Below, piece after piece: positions 38,839 through 48,587 of a stretch of DNA of 64,000 nucleotides. Numbering within the stretch: the stretch's first letter is position 1; every line of letters starts with the position of its first letter. The notes below the pieces were generated by a model. That model made no database searches and was not told where the DNA came from. It was given only the letters and a program-made list of their open reading frames with translations. The translations under genes and the position numbers were made by a program. The DNA comes from Promethearchaeota archaeon. Its GTDB lineage: Archaea; Asgardarchaeota; Lokiarchaeia; Sigyniarchaeales; SOKP01. The DNA is taken from positions 44,694-108,693 of the forward strand of contig JBHLOC010000010.1 of NCBI GenBank assembly GCA_048940925.1, in the 5' to 3' direction.

Positions 38839-40182
38839 ATGAGTGAAGGTAAAGAAAAGAAAGATTTAAGAGATGTAATAACAACTGGTCCACCTGTTGC
38901 AGGTTTAGTTTCTCCATCAAGAGAGAATCTTATTGAACCTTTAGAAACTTTTAAAGATGAAAACGCCTACGAACGTTGTACTCATTGTGGGTACTGTCGT
39001 CACGTCTGTAAAGTATATAATACTTCTTGGAGTGAAACAGATTATGCAGGAGGTCGGAATAGGATTATTAAAGCATTGAGTCGGAAAGATGCTAAATTTG
39101 ATAAAGATGAAATTATTCCCTCTGTATTTCGATGCATGTTATGTGGAAATTGTAGGGTTGTGTGTCCTGTCCAAATTGATACATTAAGTGTTTTTCAGAA
39201 TTTTAGGAAACAAGTTATAAAAAAGGGGGCGATCCCTGAAAAGTTGAAACTTTTGAGAAATTCAATTATCGAAAATAATAACCCATATCTTGAAAAACAT
39301 GATGAAAGATTCAATTGGACTAGATCATGTGAAGAAGGTGCCCAAGCATATGAACGTTCTATACAAAGAGATAAAATAATAGATAAAGAGGAAAAACCTT
39401 ATAGTGTTGGATATTTTGTCGGTTGTACTTCCTCTTATCGAAATAACGAGCTTGTATCTGCTACTAGTAAAGTTTTGGATAAACTTGGAGTTAATTTTAC
39501 TCTATTTCCTGAAGAACAATGTTGTGGGTCAGTATTATTCAGAACTGGATTAGAGGATGAGGCAATGGAACTTGTAAAACATAATTATGAGATGATTCGT
39601 AATAGTGGTGTAAAAGATGTTGTTTTTTCTTGTTCTGGTTGTTTTTCAACGTTTACATTAGAATATTCAAAATTCGCGAATTACAACTTAGGATTTAATC
39701 TTTATCACATAACTCAATATACTTTAAAAAAAGTAAAGGAAAATAATCTTAAAATCAGATATACAAAACGAACTAAAGAAGATCCATTGCTTATAACTTA
39801 TCACGATCCATGTCATTTAGGGAGATATTGTGGAGTTTTTGAGGAACCAAGAGAACTTATTAGAAGGATCGAAGGTGTAAAGTTGTTTGAAATGAAACAT
39901 AATAAAGAAATGTCTTGGTGTTGCGGTGCTGGGGGTGGAGTAAAGGCTCTTTATGGAGAACTTGCGACCGAAGTAGGTAGAGATAGATTGACTGAAACTC
40001 GGAGTTGTATGATAAGAATTAGAGAAGATCGTTTAAAAGAAGCAATTGAAACTAGTGCTGAAGTTTTAGTAAGCTCTTGTGTCTTCTGTAAAAATAATCT
40101 ATATCAAGTAGCAAATGAAGATAAATCCCCGATAAAAGTTATGGATATTTCACAATTATTAGCTGACTGTGAATTCTATTAA
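38839..40182 (+). CDS. GlcF/HdrD-like Fe-S oxidoreductase (2x[4Fe-4S] + two CCG domains)
   Basis: CTHCGYCRHVC, CMLCGNCRVVCP, YFVGC, QCCG, CSGC, YHDPCHLGR, WCCGAGGG, SCVFC. Confidence 0.9.
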   Translation: MSEGKEKKDLRDVITTGPPVAGLVSPSRENLIEPLETFKDENAYERCTHCGYCRHVCKVYNTSWSETDYAGGRNRIIKALSRKDAKFDKDEIIPSVFRCMLCGNCRVVCPVQIDTLSVFQNFRKQVIKKGAIPEKLKLLRNSIIENNNPYLEKHDERFNWTRSCEEGAQAYERSIQRDKIIDKEEKPYSVGYFVGCTSSYRNNELVSATSKVLDKLGVNFTLFPEEQCCGSVLFRTGLEDEAMELVKHNYEMIRNSGVKDVVFSCSGCFSTFTLEYSKFANYNLGFNLYHITQYTLKKVKENNLKIRYTKRTKEDPLLITYHDPCHLGRYCGVFEEPRELIRRIEGVKLFEMKHNKEMSWCCGAGGGVKALYGELATEVGRDRLTETRSCMIRIREDRLKEAIETSAEVLVSSCVFCKNNLYQVANEDKSPIKVMDISQLLADCEFY

Positions 40183-40589
40183 ATAGTCTCATAAAAGTAA
40201 ATAGTTTATTAAATTGGTCCAAATCCTTTAATTTGTGGAATTTAAATTATCTTATCGTTAACCCGAGTTATTTTAACTTTATACCTGGTTATAACCTTAT
40301 TGGTGTTGCATTAGTGATTTACATTATATAGGTGTATAAGAGTTTTCTATTTGAATTCCGTATAATAGTTCATCTTTCTTTCTTCTCTTTGAATTATATT
40401 TTAAATTTTTTTAAATACCTATTGATTGTAATTCTATTAGTTTAATTAATACTTCCAAGCAGGTTTTGCGACGAGTTTCTCGAGGAAAGTACATTATTCC
40501 TCATTTTTACAGGATGTATTAGAAACTTGGATGTATTCATCCTTTTTTTATATAGTTATTGAAAAAAGATTATGAAATTCAAATTTTTC

Positions 40590-42866
40590 TTAGTCGGTTA
40601 ATTTCTCATTTAAAAAGGGAATATCAAATACAATATTACTACTAGTTAATTTTGGATAGGATTCGAATTTACTTATTAAATGCTTTGAACAATCAGAGTT
40701 AAGATTCTTATCTAGTCTAAATTTATTACTATTTATGGGATAATCAAAAATATTTTTAATGTGGCTATAATTTAATGTAATTTCTTCAAGATTTTTTACT
40801 TTTTTAATAGATTTTGGAAGTGCTATCAGCTGGTTGTTATTTAAATTTAACTTTTCAAGTGAACTAAGTTTACCTATTGATTTGGGTAAAAAACATAATT
40901 TGTTTCCATTTAACCATAATTGTTTAAGAGATTTCAGCATTGCTATTGATTCCGGGATGTAATTAATCCGATTTTCACAGATGTTTAAAACTTCAAGTGA
41001 GCCTAGAAAACAAATCGACTCAGGTAGTTCTTCTAATTGATTATCACCCATCTTTAAAACTTTCAGAGATTTTAGTTTTCCGATTGCCTTGGGGAGAATT
41101 TTAATTTTATTGAGAGAAGTATCTAGATATGTAAGCAATGAGAGGGAGCATATTGAACTAGGTAATTTTTTTAATTTATTATTTGTTAAATGGAGAGATT
41201 TAAGAGTAATCAGCGCCCCAATAGACTTAGGTAATTTCTCTAACTTATTCCAGCCTAATTTTAGAATTTCTAAAGACTTAAGAAGCTCTATAGTTTCAGG
41301 TAAATATGAAAGGTTATTATCTTCTATATTTAGAATTTTAAGTGTCGAAATCGAGTTAATTGAGCTTGGGAGCTCGCTCAATTTATTATTAGTTAAGATA
41401 AGCTGTTCAAGAGAATTTAGTAATCCTATTGATCGAGGCAATTCATTTAGTCTATTAGAGCTTAAGTTTAACAATTGAAGATATTTGAGAGAACCTATTG
41501 ATGAGGGAATAGTTCTTAGAATGTTCATTTCAACTTTTAATGTTTTTAAAGAATGCAAATACCCTATTGATCTAGGTATTTCTTTAAGTTTATTATTGCT
41601 TAGATCTAAATGTTGGAGGGAAGAGAGTGTCCCTATCGAATAAGGTACTTTTTCTAATTGATTATCACTTAAATTCAACAATTTTAGAGATTGTAATGAC
41701 GAAATTGATCTAGGGATAAAATTTAGGTTATTTCCTTCTAAATCAAGAATTTCTAAATTACTAAAAGATCCAATAAATTCAGGTAGGGTGTATATCTTAC
41801 ATCTTTTTAAAATTAAAGATTGCAATGATCTAAAATATTTGAAATATTCTGGAATTGTTATCAAAGAATCTCCTTTCATTTGAATCTCAATTATCTCACT
41901 GTCTTTTACTTTATATTTTACTGAGGGATATTTCAATTTTAAAAAAGAAATAGTTAAATAATTCCTAAAAATGTCTGATAATTTTGATAGCGATAAACTT
42001 TTAAGAGTATTATCCTTCTTTACACGATCTTTTAGTAGAAATTTAAATTTTTCATCATCTATATTGTTTAATTGAGAAAATAATATAGTTTTTGCTATAT
42101 TTTTGTTTATTCTTTCTATTGCTTGAATTAAAGCAAGAGAACTCATATAAGTGAATTCGTTATTAAAAATCCATTTTAGAGAAAAGAATCTCAAATCCTT
42201 AAGATGACTTAAATTTTTTATTCCCAAAATATCACTATGATCTTGTAGGGCATATCTATCTCTCCAATAAACAGTTAGATTATCTACGTTCGAAAAATCT
42301 AATTCAGTAACATACCCTTCTTCAATCTTAAATTCGAGTCTATCAAATTTGCTTTTTAAATGTTTTATTGTTATATAATTAATGAGAATTTCTGCTAATA
42401 TTTGATCTGGAATTTTGTCACATTTATTATTTACTAATATGGGAAATAAGCTTTGAGTAATTCCTTTAACTTCAATTCTTTTTATTTCATTTATCAAGCT
42501 AGCACTTATCCGATCATCTCTGATCTCTGCAAGGGATTTAATTATAATGAGTAGGCAATTATAAGATGATTCATGCTGTAATGCCCAAAGAAGAGGTTTT
42601 AATCCTTTTTCCAAGAACTTAGATTTTATAACCTTTGCCGCTGAATATCTCAGATTTTCATTTTCATCAGAGATGAGTATACTTTCTAAAACTTTAAATA
42701 CCTTTGAATGATTGAAATTGAGTTTATTTAAGATTTCTATAGATTCTTTTCTAATTTTATCATTATCAATATTTTCGATTAGTGAAATTAAAAGATCAAT
42801 AGTTTTAGTTATATCTATGCGACTGTTTCTATAATTCTCATAAACTTCATTTGGAGTAATACTCAT
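40590..42866 (-). CDS. HEAT-repeat plus leucine-rich-repeat protein
   Basis: N-terminal SDENENLRYSAA HEAT unit; many 23-aa LxxLPxSIGxLxSLxxLxLxxN repeats. Confidence 0.9.
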   Translation of the reverse strand: MSITPNEVYENYRNSRIDITKTIDLLISLIENIDNDKIRKESIEILNKLNFNHSKVFKVLESILISDENENLRYSAAKVIKSKFLEKGLKPLLWALQHESSYNCLLIIIKSLAEIRDDRISASLINEIKRIEVKGITQSLFPILVNNKCDKIPDQILAEILINYITIKHLKSKFDRLEFKIEEGYVTELDFSNVDNLTVYWRDRYALQDHSDILGIKNLSHLKDLRFFSLKWIFNNEFTYMSSLALIQAIERINKNIAKTILFSQLNNIDDEKFKFLLKDRVKKDNTLKSLSLSKLSDIFRNYLTISFLKLKYPSVKYKVKDSEIIEIQMKGDSLITIPEYFKYFRSLQSLILKRCKIYTLPEFIGSFSNLEILDLEGNNLNFIPRSISSLQSLKLLNLSDNQLEKVPYSIGTLSSLQHLDLSNNKLKEIPRSIGYLHSLKTLKVEMNILRTIPSSIGSLKYLQLLNLSSNRLNELPRSIGLLNSLEQLILTNNKLSELPSSINSISTLKILNIEDNNLSYLPETIELLKSLEILKLGWNKLEKLPKSIGALITLKSLHLTNNKLKKLPSSICSLSLLTYLDTSLNKIKILPKAIGKLKSLKVLKMGDNQLEELPESICFLGSLEVLNICENRINYIPESIAMLKSLKQLWLNGNKLCFLPKSIGKLSSLEKLNLNNNQLIALPKSIKKVKNLEEITLNYSHIKNIFDYPINSNKFRLDKNLNSDCSKHLISKFESYPKLTSSNIVFDIPFLNEKLTD

Positions 42867-43019
42867 TATCGAAATTTCTTCTCTTTATTTTTTTTTATCA
42901 AAAATATTGCTCAATTAGTAGTTTATAATAACTTAATAAAAAGTATAAAAAAGTAAAATTATGTAGATTTTTATTAATTCTAGTTAAATTAATCCTCCTA
43001 CGCAAACCTACTTCGAATT

Positions 43020-43214
43020 TTAGCGCATTTCAACGTTAAGCATTCTAGCGGATAATTCTTTTCCCTTTTTATCTGTAACAGATAATTTCAGATGAGGTGT
43101 TCCCGCAAGCATTAGTCTAAAATACAAATCTATGTTTTGTTTGCCTTCTATATCGAATTCAGGTACAGTTATTATTTCTTCATACTTTATTTCAGGTTGT
43201 ACTGCTTCAACCAT
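43020..43214 (-). CDS. VhuU-like small protein lacking the Cys/Sec nickel ligands
   Basis: Tail LSVTDKKGKELSARMLNV aligns without gaps to VhuU ITVVDEEGTEIYSRELNV (8/18 identical) after a conserved His; no Cys or TGA in the ORF. Confidence 0.6.
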   Translation of the reverse strand: MVEAVQPEIKYEEIITVPEFDIEGKQNIDLYFRLMLAGTPHLKLSVTDKKGKELSARMLNVEMR

Positions 43215-43332
43215 TTAATTTCATCTCTATATATTCAATTTACATTTACATATTTTACTTAATTTTAAAATCTGATTATTAATATATAAACTTATCGTTT
43301 TTAAGTTAATTTAAACATCGCAATTATATCTA

Positions 43333-43378
43333 GTTTAAATTTGCGACAAGATTTGTTATAAAAGTTTCGGTTTGAAAA
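43333..43378 (-). promoter_or_regulatory. Operator pair flanking a BRE/TATA-like element upstream of the VhuU-like ORF
   Basis: Minus strand TTTTCAAACCGAAAC-TTTTATAACAAATCTT-GTCGCAAATTTAAAC; 31-bp spacing. Confidence 0.55.
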
Positions 43379-43669
43379 TTTTTTTCAAGTCAAATTTTGT
43401 TTTTTCGTAATATTTTCTTGAATTAATGATCGTTATCAGACAGTATCATGCTTTTTTTGATCATTAATAAATATTTTTCATAAAAATCTCAATTAAATTT
43501 TTTATAAAATATAAATCACTGAAAAATTTAATGGCAAAACCATAAACTAGTTAAAGTTATTTTCCAATTTTTTAGGAAATATTTATCTTCAATAAACCGA
43601 ATTTTTATAAAAATTTAAAACCCTTTTTTACGAAAAAGTATAAAATAATTACATGAGTTATGAAATGTC

Positions 43670-44344
43670 TTATTCTGTCATAATGCGCTTTAGTAGTGAT
43701 TCCCAAAATATCTTTTTATAATTACCTGAATACTTTAACTTATTTATTGTCAATTTAATAGCTTTCCTTGAACAAGCTCTTACACAAGTACCGCATCTTA
43801 TACATTTTGTTTCATTATATGAAATCTTCCTTTTTGTAGAATTATTTTTCAAATTTTTCAATTTAAGAAAGGCGTTTGAAGGACATACATCAACGCATGA
43901 CATACATGATATACATTTTTCCCAATCTACATCTATCTTACCATCTAAGTATATCCTTATTTTGATCTGATTCTTTTTTGATTCAACAGTTTTATATTCT
44001 ATTTTAGGAACTACATTTTTGATTACTATCCCTAAATCAGCTTGTTCCATCAGTTTGTTATTATGCTTCAATAAAATGGCTGAAGTAGGGCAGATATATG
44101 AACAAGTTCCACAATATGAACATTTTAAAGCATCAGGAGCATCTGGTATTAAATCAATGGTTTTAACTCGAATTTTACCCTCTAAATTTGGATGGGAAAA
44201 TGCGTTATTAGGGCAAGCTTTGATACATAATCCACATCCAATACATTTTTCCTTATTAATTTCAATAGAATAATTTTCTGTATATAAATTTAATACTACT
44301 TTATTGAAATCATCAGTAATATCTGTTTTAATTCTAGGAAACAA
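43670..44344 (-). CDS. Polyferredoxin (four CxxCxxCxxxC motifs; FwdF/MvhB-like)
   Basis: CIGCGLCIKACP, CSYCGTCSYICP, CISCMSCVDVCP, CIRCGTCVRACS. Confidence 0.85.
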   Translation of the reverse strand: MFPRIKTDITDDFNKVVLNLYTENYSIEINKEKCIGCGLCIKACPNNAFSHPNLEGKIRVKTIDLIPDAPDALKCSYCGTCSYICPTSAILLKHNNKLMEQADLGIVIKNVVPKIEYKTVESKKNQIKIRIYLDGKIDVDWEKCISCMSCVDVCPSNAFLKLKNLKNNSTKRKISYNETKCIRCGTCVRACSRKAIKLTINKLKYSGNYKKIFWESLLKRIMTE

Positions 44345-44378
44345 TTTTATATAACATCTCCAAATTTTCTTTATATAT

Positions 44379-44807
44379 TCAAAAATTCTCCTTTTTTAAT
44401 GGATTAGGGCCTAGTTTCTTTAATTCTTCGACAAATTCATTTACAATATTTGTCAAATCAGCACCTTCAGATGCAGATATAAATGAGTATTTAACTCTTT
44501 TTGGATTAATCCCAAATTGTTTTAAATAACGTAAAAATAAAGGTATTCTTCTTATTGTTTTGAGATTTCCCGAAACGTAATGACAATCTCCAGGATGACA
44601 ATGTGAGACTAAAATACCATCAATTCCTTCTTTTAAAGCAGCTAAAATAAATTCAGGATTGATTCTACCTCCACACATTACCCGTAAAATTCGCAGGTTT
44701 GCAGCTCTTTGCATTCGTGATGTTCCCGCTTGATCAGCACCAGCATACGAGCACCAATGGCATAAAATTCCTAAAATAGATGGGTTGAAACTTGCCTGTA
44801 TTGATAT
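44379..44807 (-). CDS. mvhD: MvhD/FlpD [2Fe-2S] subunit (Cys form); N-terminus extends 31 codons beyond the ORF-track start
   Basis: Upstream in-frame FNPSILGILCHWCSYAGADQAGTSR joins MQ...VMCGGRINP...CHPGDCHY..GN...ISASEG; provisional ATA start at 44807. Confidence 0.88.
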   Translation of the reverse strand: MSIQASFNPSILGILCHWCSYAGADQAGTSRMQRAANLRILRVMCGGRINPEFILAALKEGIDGILVSHCHPGDCHYVSGNLKTIRRIPLFLRYLKQFGINPKRVKYSFISASEGADLTNIVNEFVEELKKLGPNPLKKENF

Positions 44808-44812
44808 AAGTA

Positions 44813-46795
44813 TTATCCCTCTGCTTTTTCTAAATTTTGAATGATATTATGAATCATTGGTAACAATTGTGCATCTCCAAATTGATTTTGGATAATTGCC
44901 GAAGAAGGACAAGCTGCAACACATGTACCACATCCTTTACATAAAATTTTGTTAATCTCGGCAATCTTTTTAACTTTATTAAAACTAATCGCATTAAATG
45001 GACAAACACTAATACAACTTTTGCAGCCAGCACATTTGTGACTTTGTACTATTGAAAAAATAGGATCAATCTCTACTTTTCCCTTAGCCATTAATAATGC
45101 AGCTTGGAGCGCCGCTGCTTTAGCTTGTGCAATAGAATCAGGAATATCTTTAGGACCTTGAGCTGTTCCTGCGATGAAAATTCCATCTGTTAATGTTTCT
45201 ACTGGACGAAGTTTTGGATGAGCTTCCATCAAAAATCCATCTTCCGATCTTTGTACGTTAAATAATCTGGCAACTTTATTTGCATCATTGCGTGGTTCTA
45301 AGCCTGTTGCTAAAACAAGTAGATCTGCTTTAATTTCAATTAATCTTTGAAGAAGAGTATCTTCTCCGCGAATGATAATATTGTGATTCTTATCCTCAAG
45401 TACTTCTGAAATCCTTCCTCTGATAAATTTAATATTAAAATCCCTTCCAGTTGAATCATAAAATTCTTCATATCCTTTCCCAAATGCTCTTATATCGATA
45501 TAGAATATAAATATTTTTGCATTTGGATGTTTTTCCTTATAAAGCCGAGCTTGTTTCACTGAATACATACAACATACTCGCGAACAATACTTATTACCTT
45601 TTTCTGTAAAATCTCTACTTCCTACACATTGGAGAAATATTAAAATTGATGGTTCTTTCAAATCAGAAGGCCTTTTTATTTTACCTTCCGTTGGTCCGAA
45701 TGAACTCAACAATCTCTCCATTTGTAATCCTGTAATGACATTTTTATATCTTCCATAACCATATTGACTCAATACAGTAGGATCATAAAGATCATAACCT
45801 GTTGATAAAATTATCGTACCTACTTTAATCTCAATATATTCAGGTTCATCTGTATAGTCAACAGCTCCAACAGGGCAAACCTCAGCACATACTCCACACT
45901 TAATACAGTGGTCCATATCAATTGTATATTTCCCTGGAACAGCTTGAGGGAAAGGTATATAGGCTGCTTTTCTTTTTTTCATACCTAAATCAAATTCATT
46001 GGGGGATACAACTATACATTCTTCAGCGCATGTTCCACAACCCGTGCATTTTTTTTGATCGATATAATGGGGTTTCTTTTTAATGGTTACTTTAAAATTT
46101 CCAACATACCCCGATATATCAGTAACTTCACAATAAGTCATAAGTTCTATATTTTGAGCTTTAGCAACTTCAGACATCTTTGGAGTTATTACGCAAGATG
46201 AACAATCTAATGTTGGAAATGTTTTATCTAATTGCGCCATATGTCCTCCAATCGTCGGAGTTTTTTCAACCAAATACACTTTATATCCAAAACCAGCAAG
46301 ATCTAGAGCGGCATTCATACCGGATATTCCTGCTCCTACTACTAAACACGCGGGCTCAATATCTACACTAAATTTTTCTAATGGTCTTAAATTGCTAGCT
46401 TTTGCTACTGCCATTCCAATATGTGATTTTGCAATCTCATATGCTCCTTTAGGATCCTTTAAATTAACCCAAGTACAATGTTCACGAATGTTTGCTATTT
46501 CACATAAAAATTGGTTTAATCCTGCCTCCTCGCAATTTTTTCTAAATGTTGATTCGTGCATACGAGGTGAACATGCAGCCACGACAACACGATTGATATC
46601 ACCGTTTCTAATGTTTTCTTGTATCAAATCTTGTCCAATTTCCGAACACATAAATTTATAATTATGCGCTTCAACTACATTTGGCAATGATTTTGCAAAT
46701 TTTGTCAAATTATCAACATCAATAACTCCTGCAATATTATTACCACAATGACAAATATAAACTCCAATTTTCGGTTTATCCTTCAATTTCATCAC
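44813..46795 (-). CDS. hdrA: Heterodisulfide reductase subunit A (Cys form)
   Basis: GVYICHCG, ACSPRMHE, NIREHCTWV, GAGISG, KTFPTLDCSSC, QCVGSRD, YCSRVCCMYSVKQ, GPKDIP, ferredoxin motifs. Confidence 0.97.
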   Translation of the reverse strand: MMKLKDKPKIGVYICHCGNNIAGVIDVDNLTKFAKSLPNVVEAHNYKFMCSEIGQDLIQENIRNGDINRVVVAACSPRMHESTFRKNCEEAGLNQFLCEIANIREHCTWVNLKDPKGAYEIAKSHIGMAVAKASNLRPLEKFSVDIEPACLVVGAGISGMNAALDLAGFGYKVYLVEKTPTIGGHMAQLDKTFPTLDCSSCVITPKMSEVAKAQNIELMTYCEVTDISGYVGNFKVTIKKKPHYIDQKKCTGCGTCAEECIVVSPNEFDLGMKKRKAAYIPFPQAVPGKYTIDMDHCIKCGVCAEVCPVGAVDYTDEPEYIEIKVGTIILSTGYDLYDPTVLSQYGYGRYKNVITGLQMERLLSSFGPTEGKIKRPSDLKEPSILIFLQCVGSRDFTEKGNKYCSRVCCMYSVKQARLYKEKHPNAKIFIFYIDIRAFGKGYEEFYDSTGRDFNIKFIRGRISEVLEDKNHNIIIRGEDTLLQRLIEIKADLLVLATGLEPRNDANKVARLFNVQRSEDGFLMEAHPKLRPVETLTDGIFIAGTAQGPKDIPDSIAQAKAAALQAALLMAKGKVEIDPIFSIVQSHKCAGCKSCISVCPFNAISFNKVKKIAEINKILCKGCGTCVAACPSSAIIQNQFGDAQLLPMIHNIIQNLEKAEG

Positions 46796-47732
46796 TTATT
46801 TTATTTAAGAAAGGTTCAATTGAAATAAATGGGGGTACACCTGTTAATTCTTTATCTTTAACTAATCCAACCTCTTCAGGCGTCATACCTAAAGCAAGAC
46901 CTAATAGTTGAGTATAATATATTACTGGGATATTGAAAGGAGCTTCAATTCTATCTTTAAATATCTTATTAATTTCGATTTGTCCTAAGTCAAACTGAAG
47001 ATGACAAAAAGGACATGCTGTTATAATTGCCTCTGTTCCAACTGCAACCATATTTTCTAACTTCTCTCGTGTAAAATCTAAGGAAATCTCTTTAAATGCA
47101 CTCCTTACAGCTCCTGCTGCACCACAACACATATATTTATCCTTATAATCTAAACTCTTACACCCAGTAGCTTCAACTAATTCATCCAAGAAACGTGGAT
47201 TCTCGACCTCATTTCCCCAAGGTCTAATTTGGGAGGGCTTTAAAAGATGACAACCATAGTGTACGGCAACATTAAGATCTAACTTTGTTCTACGTCCATA
47301 TTTTACTCTTTGGGTTATTTTTTCAATCCCTATGTCTTTATATAATACTTCAATAATATGCTTAACATTAATATTTCCTGTATACTGGCGATTAACCTTG
47401 ATTAGATGTTCATTAACCATTCTTTGTTTTTCCAAATTATTTTTTAATTGGTGATTAATTTCAAGTAAGCTTCCATAACATCCATTGCACATTGTAACTA
47501 GATCATAATTATTTTTTTCAGCAATAGTTAGATTTCTAGCACCAATAATTAGCCATGTATCTATATCAAATCCACGGAATACGCCAGGGGCAGGGCAACA
47601 CGAAGCTCCCTCCATTTCCAAAAAATCTATACCTAACTTTTTCAATACTCTTCGAGTTGCTAATTCTATGAAAGGATATCTATTTGGAATCACGCATCCA
47701 AGAAATAATGAATACTTCTGATTTTCTCCCAT
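46776..47732 (-). CDS. hdrB: Heterodisulfide reductase subunit B (copy 2)
   Basis: FLGCVIPNRYP, SCCPAPG, CNGC, HYGCH, CCGAAG, CPFCHLQFD. Confidence 0.95.
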   Translation of the reverse strand: MGENQKYSLFLGCVIPNRYPFIELATRRVLKKLGIDFLEMEGASCCPAPGVFRGFDIDTWLIIGARNLTIAEKNNYDLVTMCNGCYGSLLEINHQLKNNLEKQRMVNEHLIKVNRQYTGNINVKHIIEVLYKDIGIEKITQRVKYGRRTKLDLNVAVHYGCHLLKPSQIRPWGNEVENPRFLDELVEATGCKSLDYKDKYMCCGAAGAVRSAFKEISLDFTREKLENMVAVGTEAIITACPFCHLQFDLGQIEINKIFKDRIEAPFNIPVIYYTQLLGLALGMTPEEVGLVKDKELTGVPPFISIEPFLNKISDEIEG

Positions 47733-47811
47733 ATTTTCAGATTCCTCTTCAGTTTAATAAAAATTATATAATACATTAAGTGTTTAATTATTGTTTAACA
47801 GATTGAAAACC

Positions 47812-48429
47812 TTACTTTTTCTTCTCTGTTTGGATTTTTCCATTAATTAAATAATTTGGAATAGTTTCCTCTATCATTGATGATTTAGGTTTCTCTTTCT
47901 TTTTAAAAGGAATATTAATTAATTTATTAAAATTGGAGCTTGCGAGAAGTACTTTTACTTCTTCCAAATCTTCTGGATGAGAGTGAACAGTTGGAGGAAC
48001 TCGGTCTAACCCATAAAATTCTCGAAAATCATTCCATTTTTTATCATCAATTGGAACTCCATGTCCTGATGTAAAAAGCTTTTTACATAACTCTAGATGA
48101 TTTTTATGCATGAAACCTTTTTGAACAGCTAAATTTCTCAAATAAATTATAATATCAGTAATTGGTATTTTGCGCGGGCATCTTTCAAGACAAGTATAGC
48201 AAGTTGAGCACAACCAAATATCTTTTTCTGAAAGAATTTCATCAAGCCCTAATTGAACTTTTCTAATCACATTCCTTACTTTTAAGGCTGTTCTTTTTCC
48301 AGAAGGACACCCACCAGAGCATGTACCACATTGAATACAAGCATCCACCTGAGGATATCCCGCATCCCGTAATGAATTCACTAATTCATCACTGAATCCT
48401 GTGATTATATCTTCCTCATAATCTAACAT
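47812..48429 (-). CDS. hdrC: Heterodisulfide reductase subunit C (copy 2)
   Basis: CIQCGTCSGGCPSG, IWLCSTCYTCLERCPR, GHGVP, PPTVH. Confidence 0.95.
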   Translation of the reverse strand: MLDYEEDIITGFSDELVNSLRDAGYPQVDACIQCGTCSGGCPSGKRTALKVRNVIRKVQLGLDEILSEKDIWLCSTCYTCLERCPRKIPITDIIIYLRNLAVQKGFMHKNHLELCKKLFTSGHGVPIDDKKWNDFREFYGLDRVPPTVHSHPEDLEEVKVLLASSNFNKLINIPFKKKEKPKSSMIEETIPNYLINGKIQTEKKK

Positions 48430-48587
48430 TTTCAGTTTCTCTCCACTATTTTTTCGTAAAATACGTACAAAGAAATTTCATAGTTATAAAGTTATTTACA
48501 TCTATAAAAAGAGAGAGATGATTAATATTTAAGCTTTCCTTTTAGATTTCATAACTTTGGAAGATCTAAACTATTAATTTATGAAAA

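Noticed and set aside
40200-40560. Short minus-strand ORFs (27-32 codons) and a GGATGAATACATCC hairpin between the HdrD-like and LRR genes
   Set aside because: Too short, no recognisable homology, no nearby Sec codon; cannot be supported.
44379-46795. Selenocysteine in HdrA or MvhD
   Set aside because: Both frames are uninterrupted and have Cys at the positions that carry Sec in methanococcal homologues.
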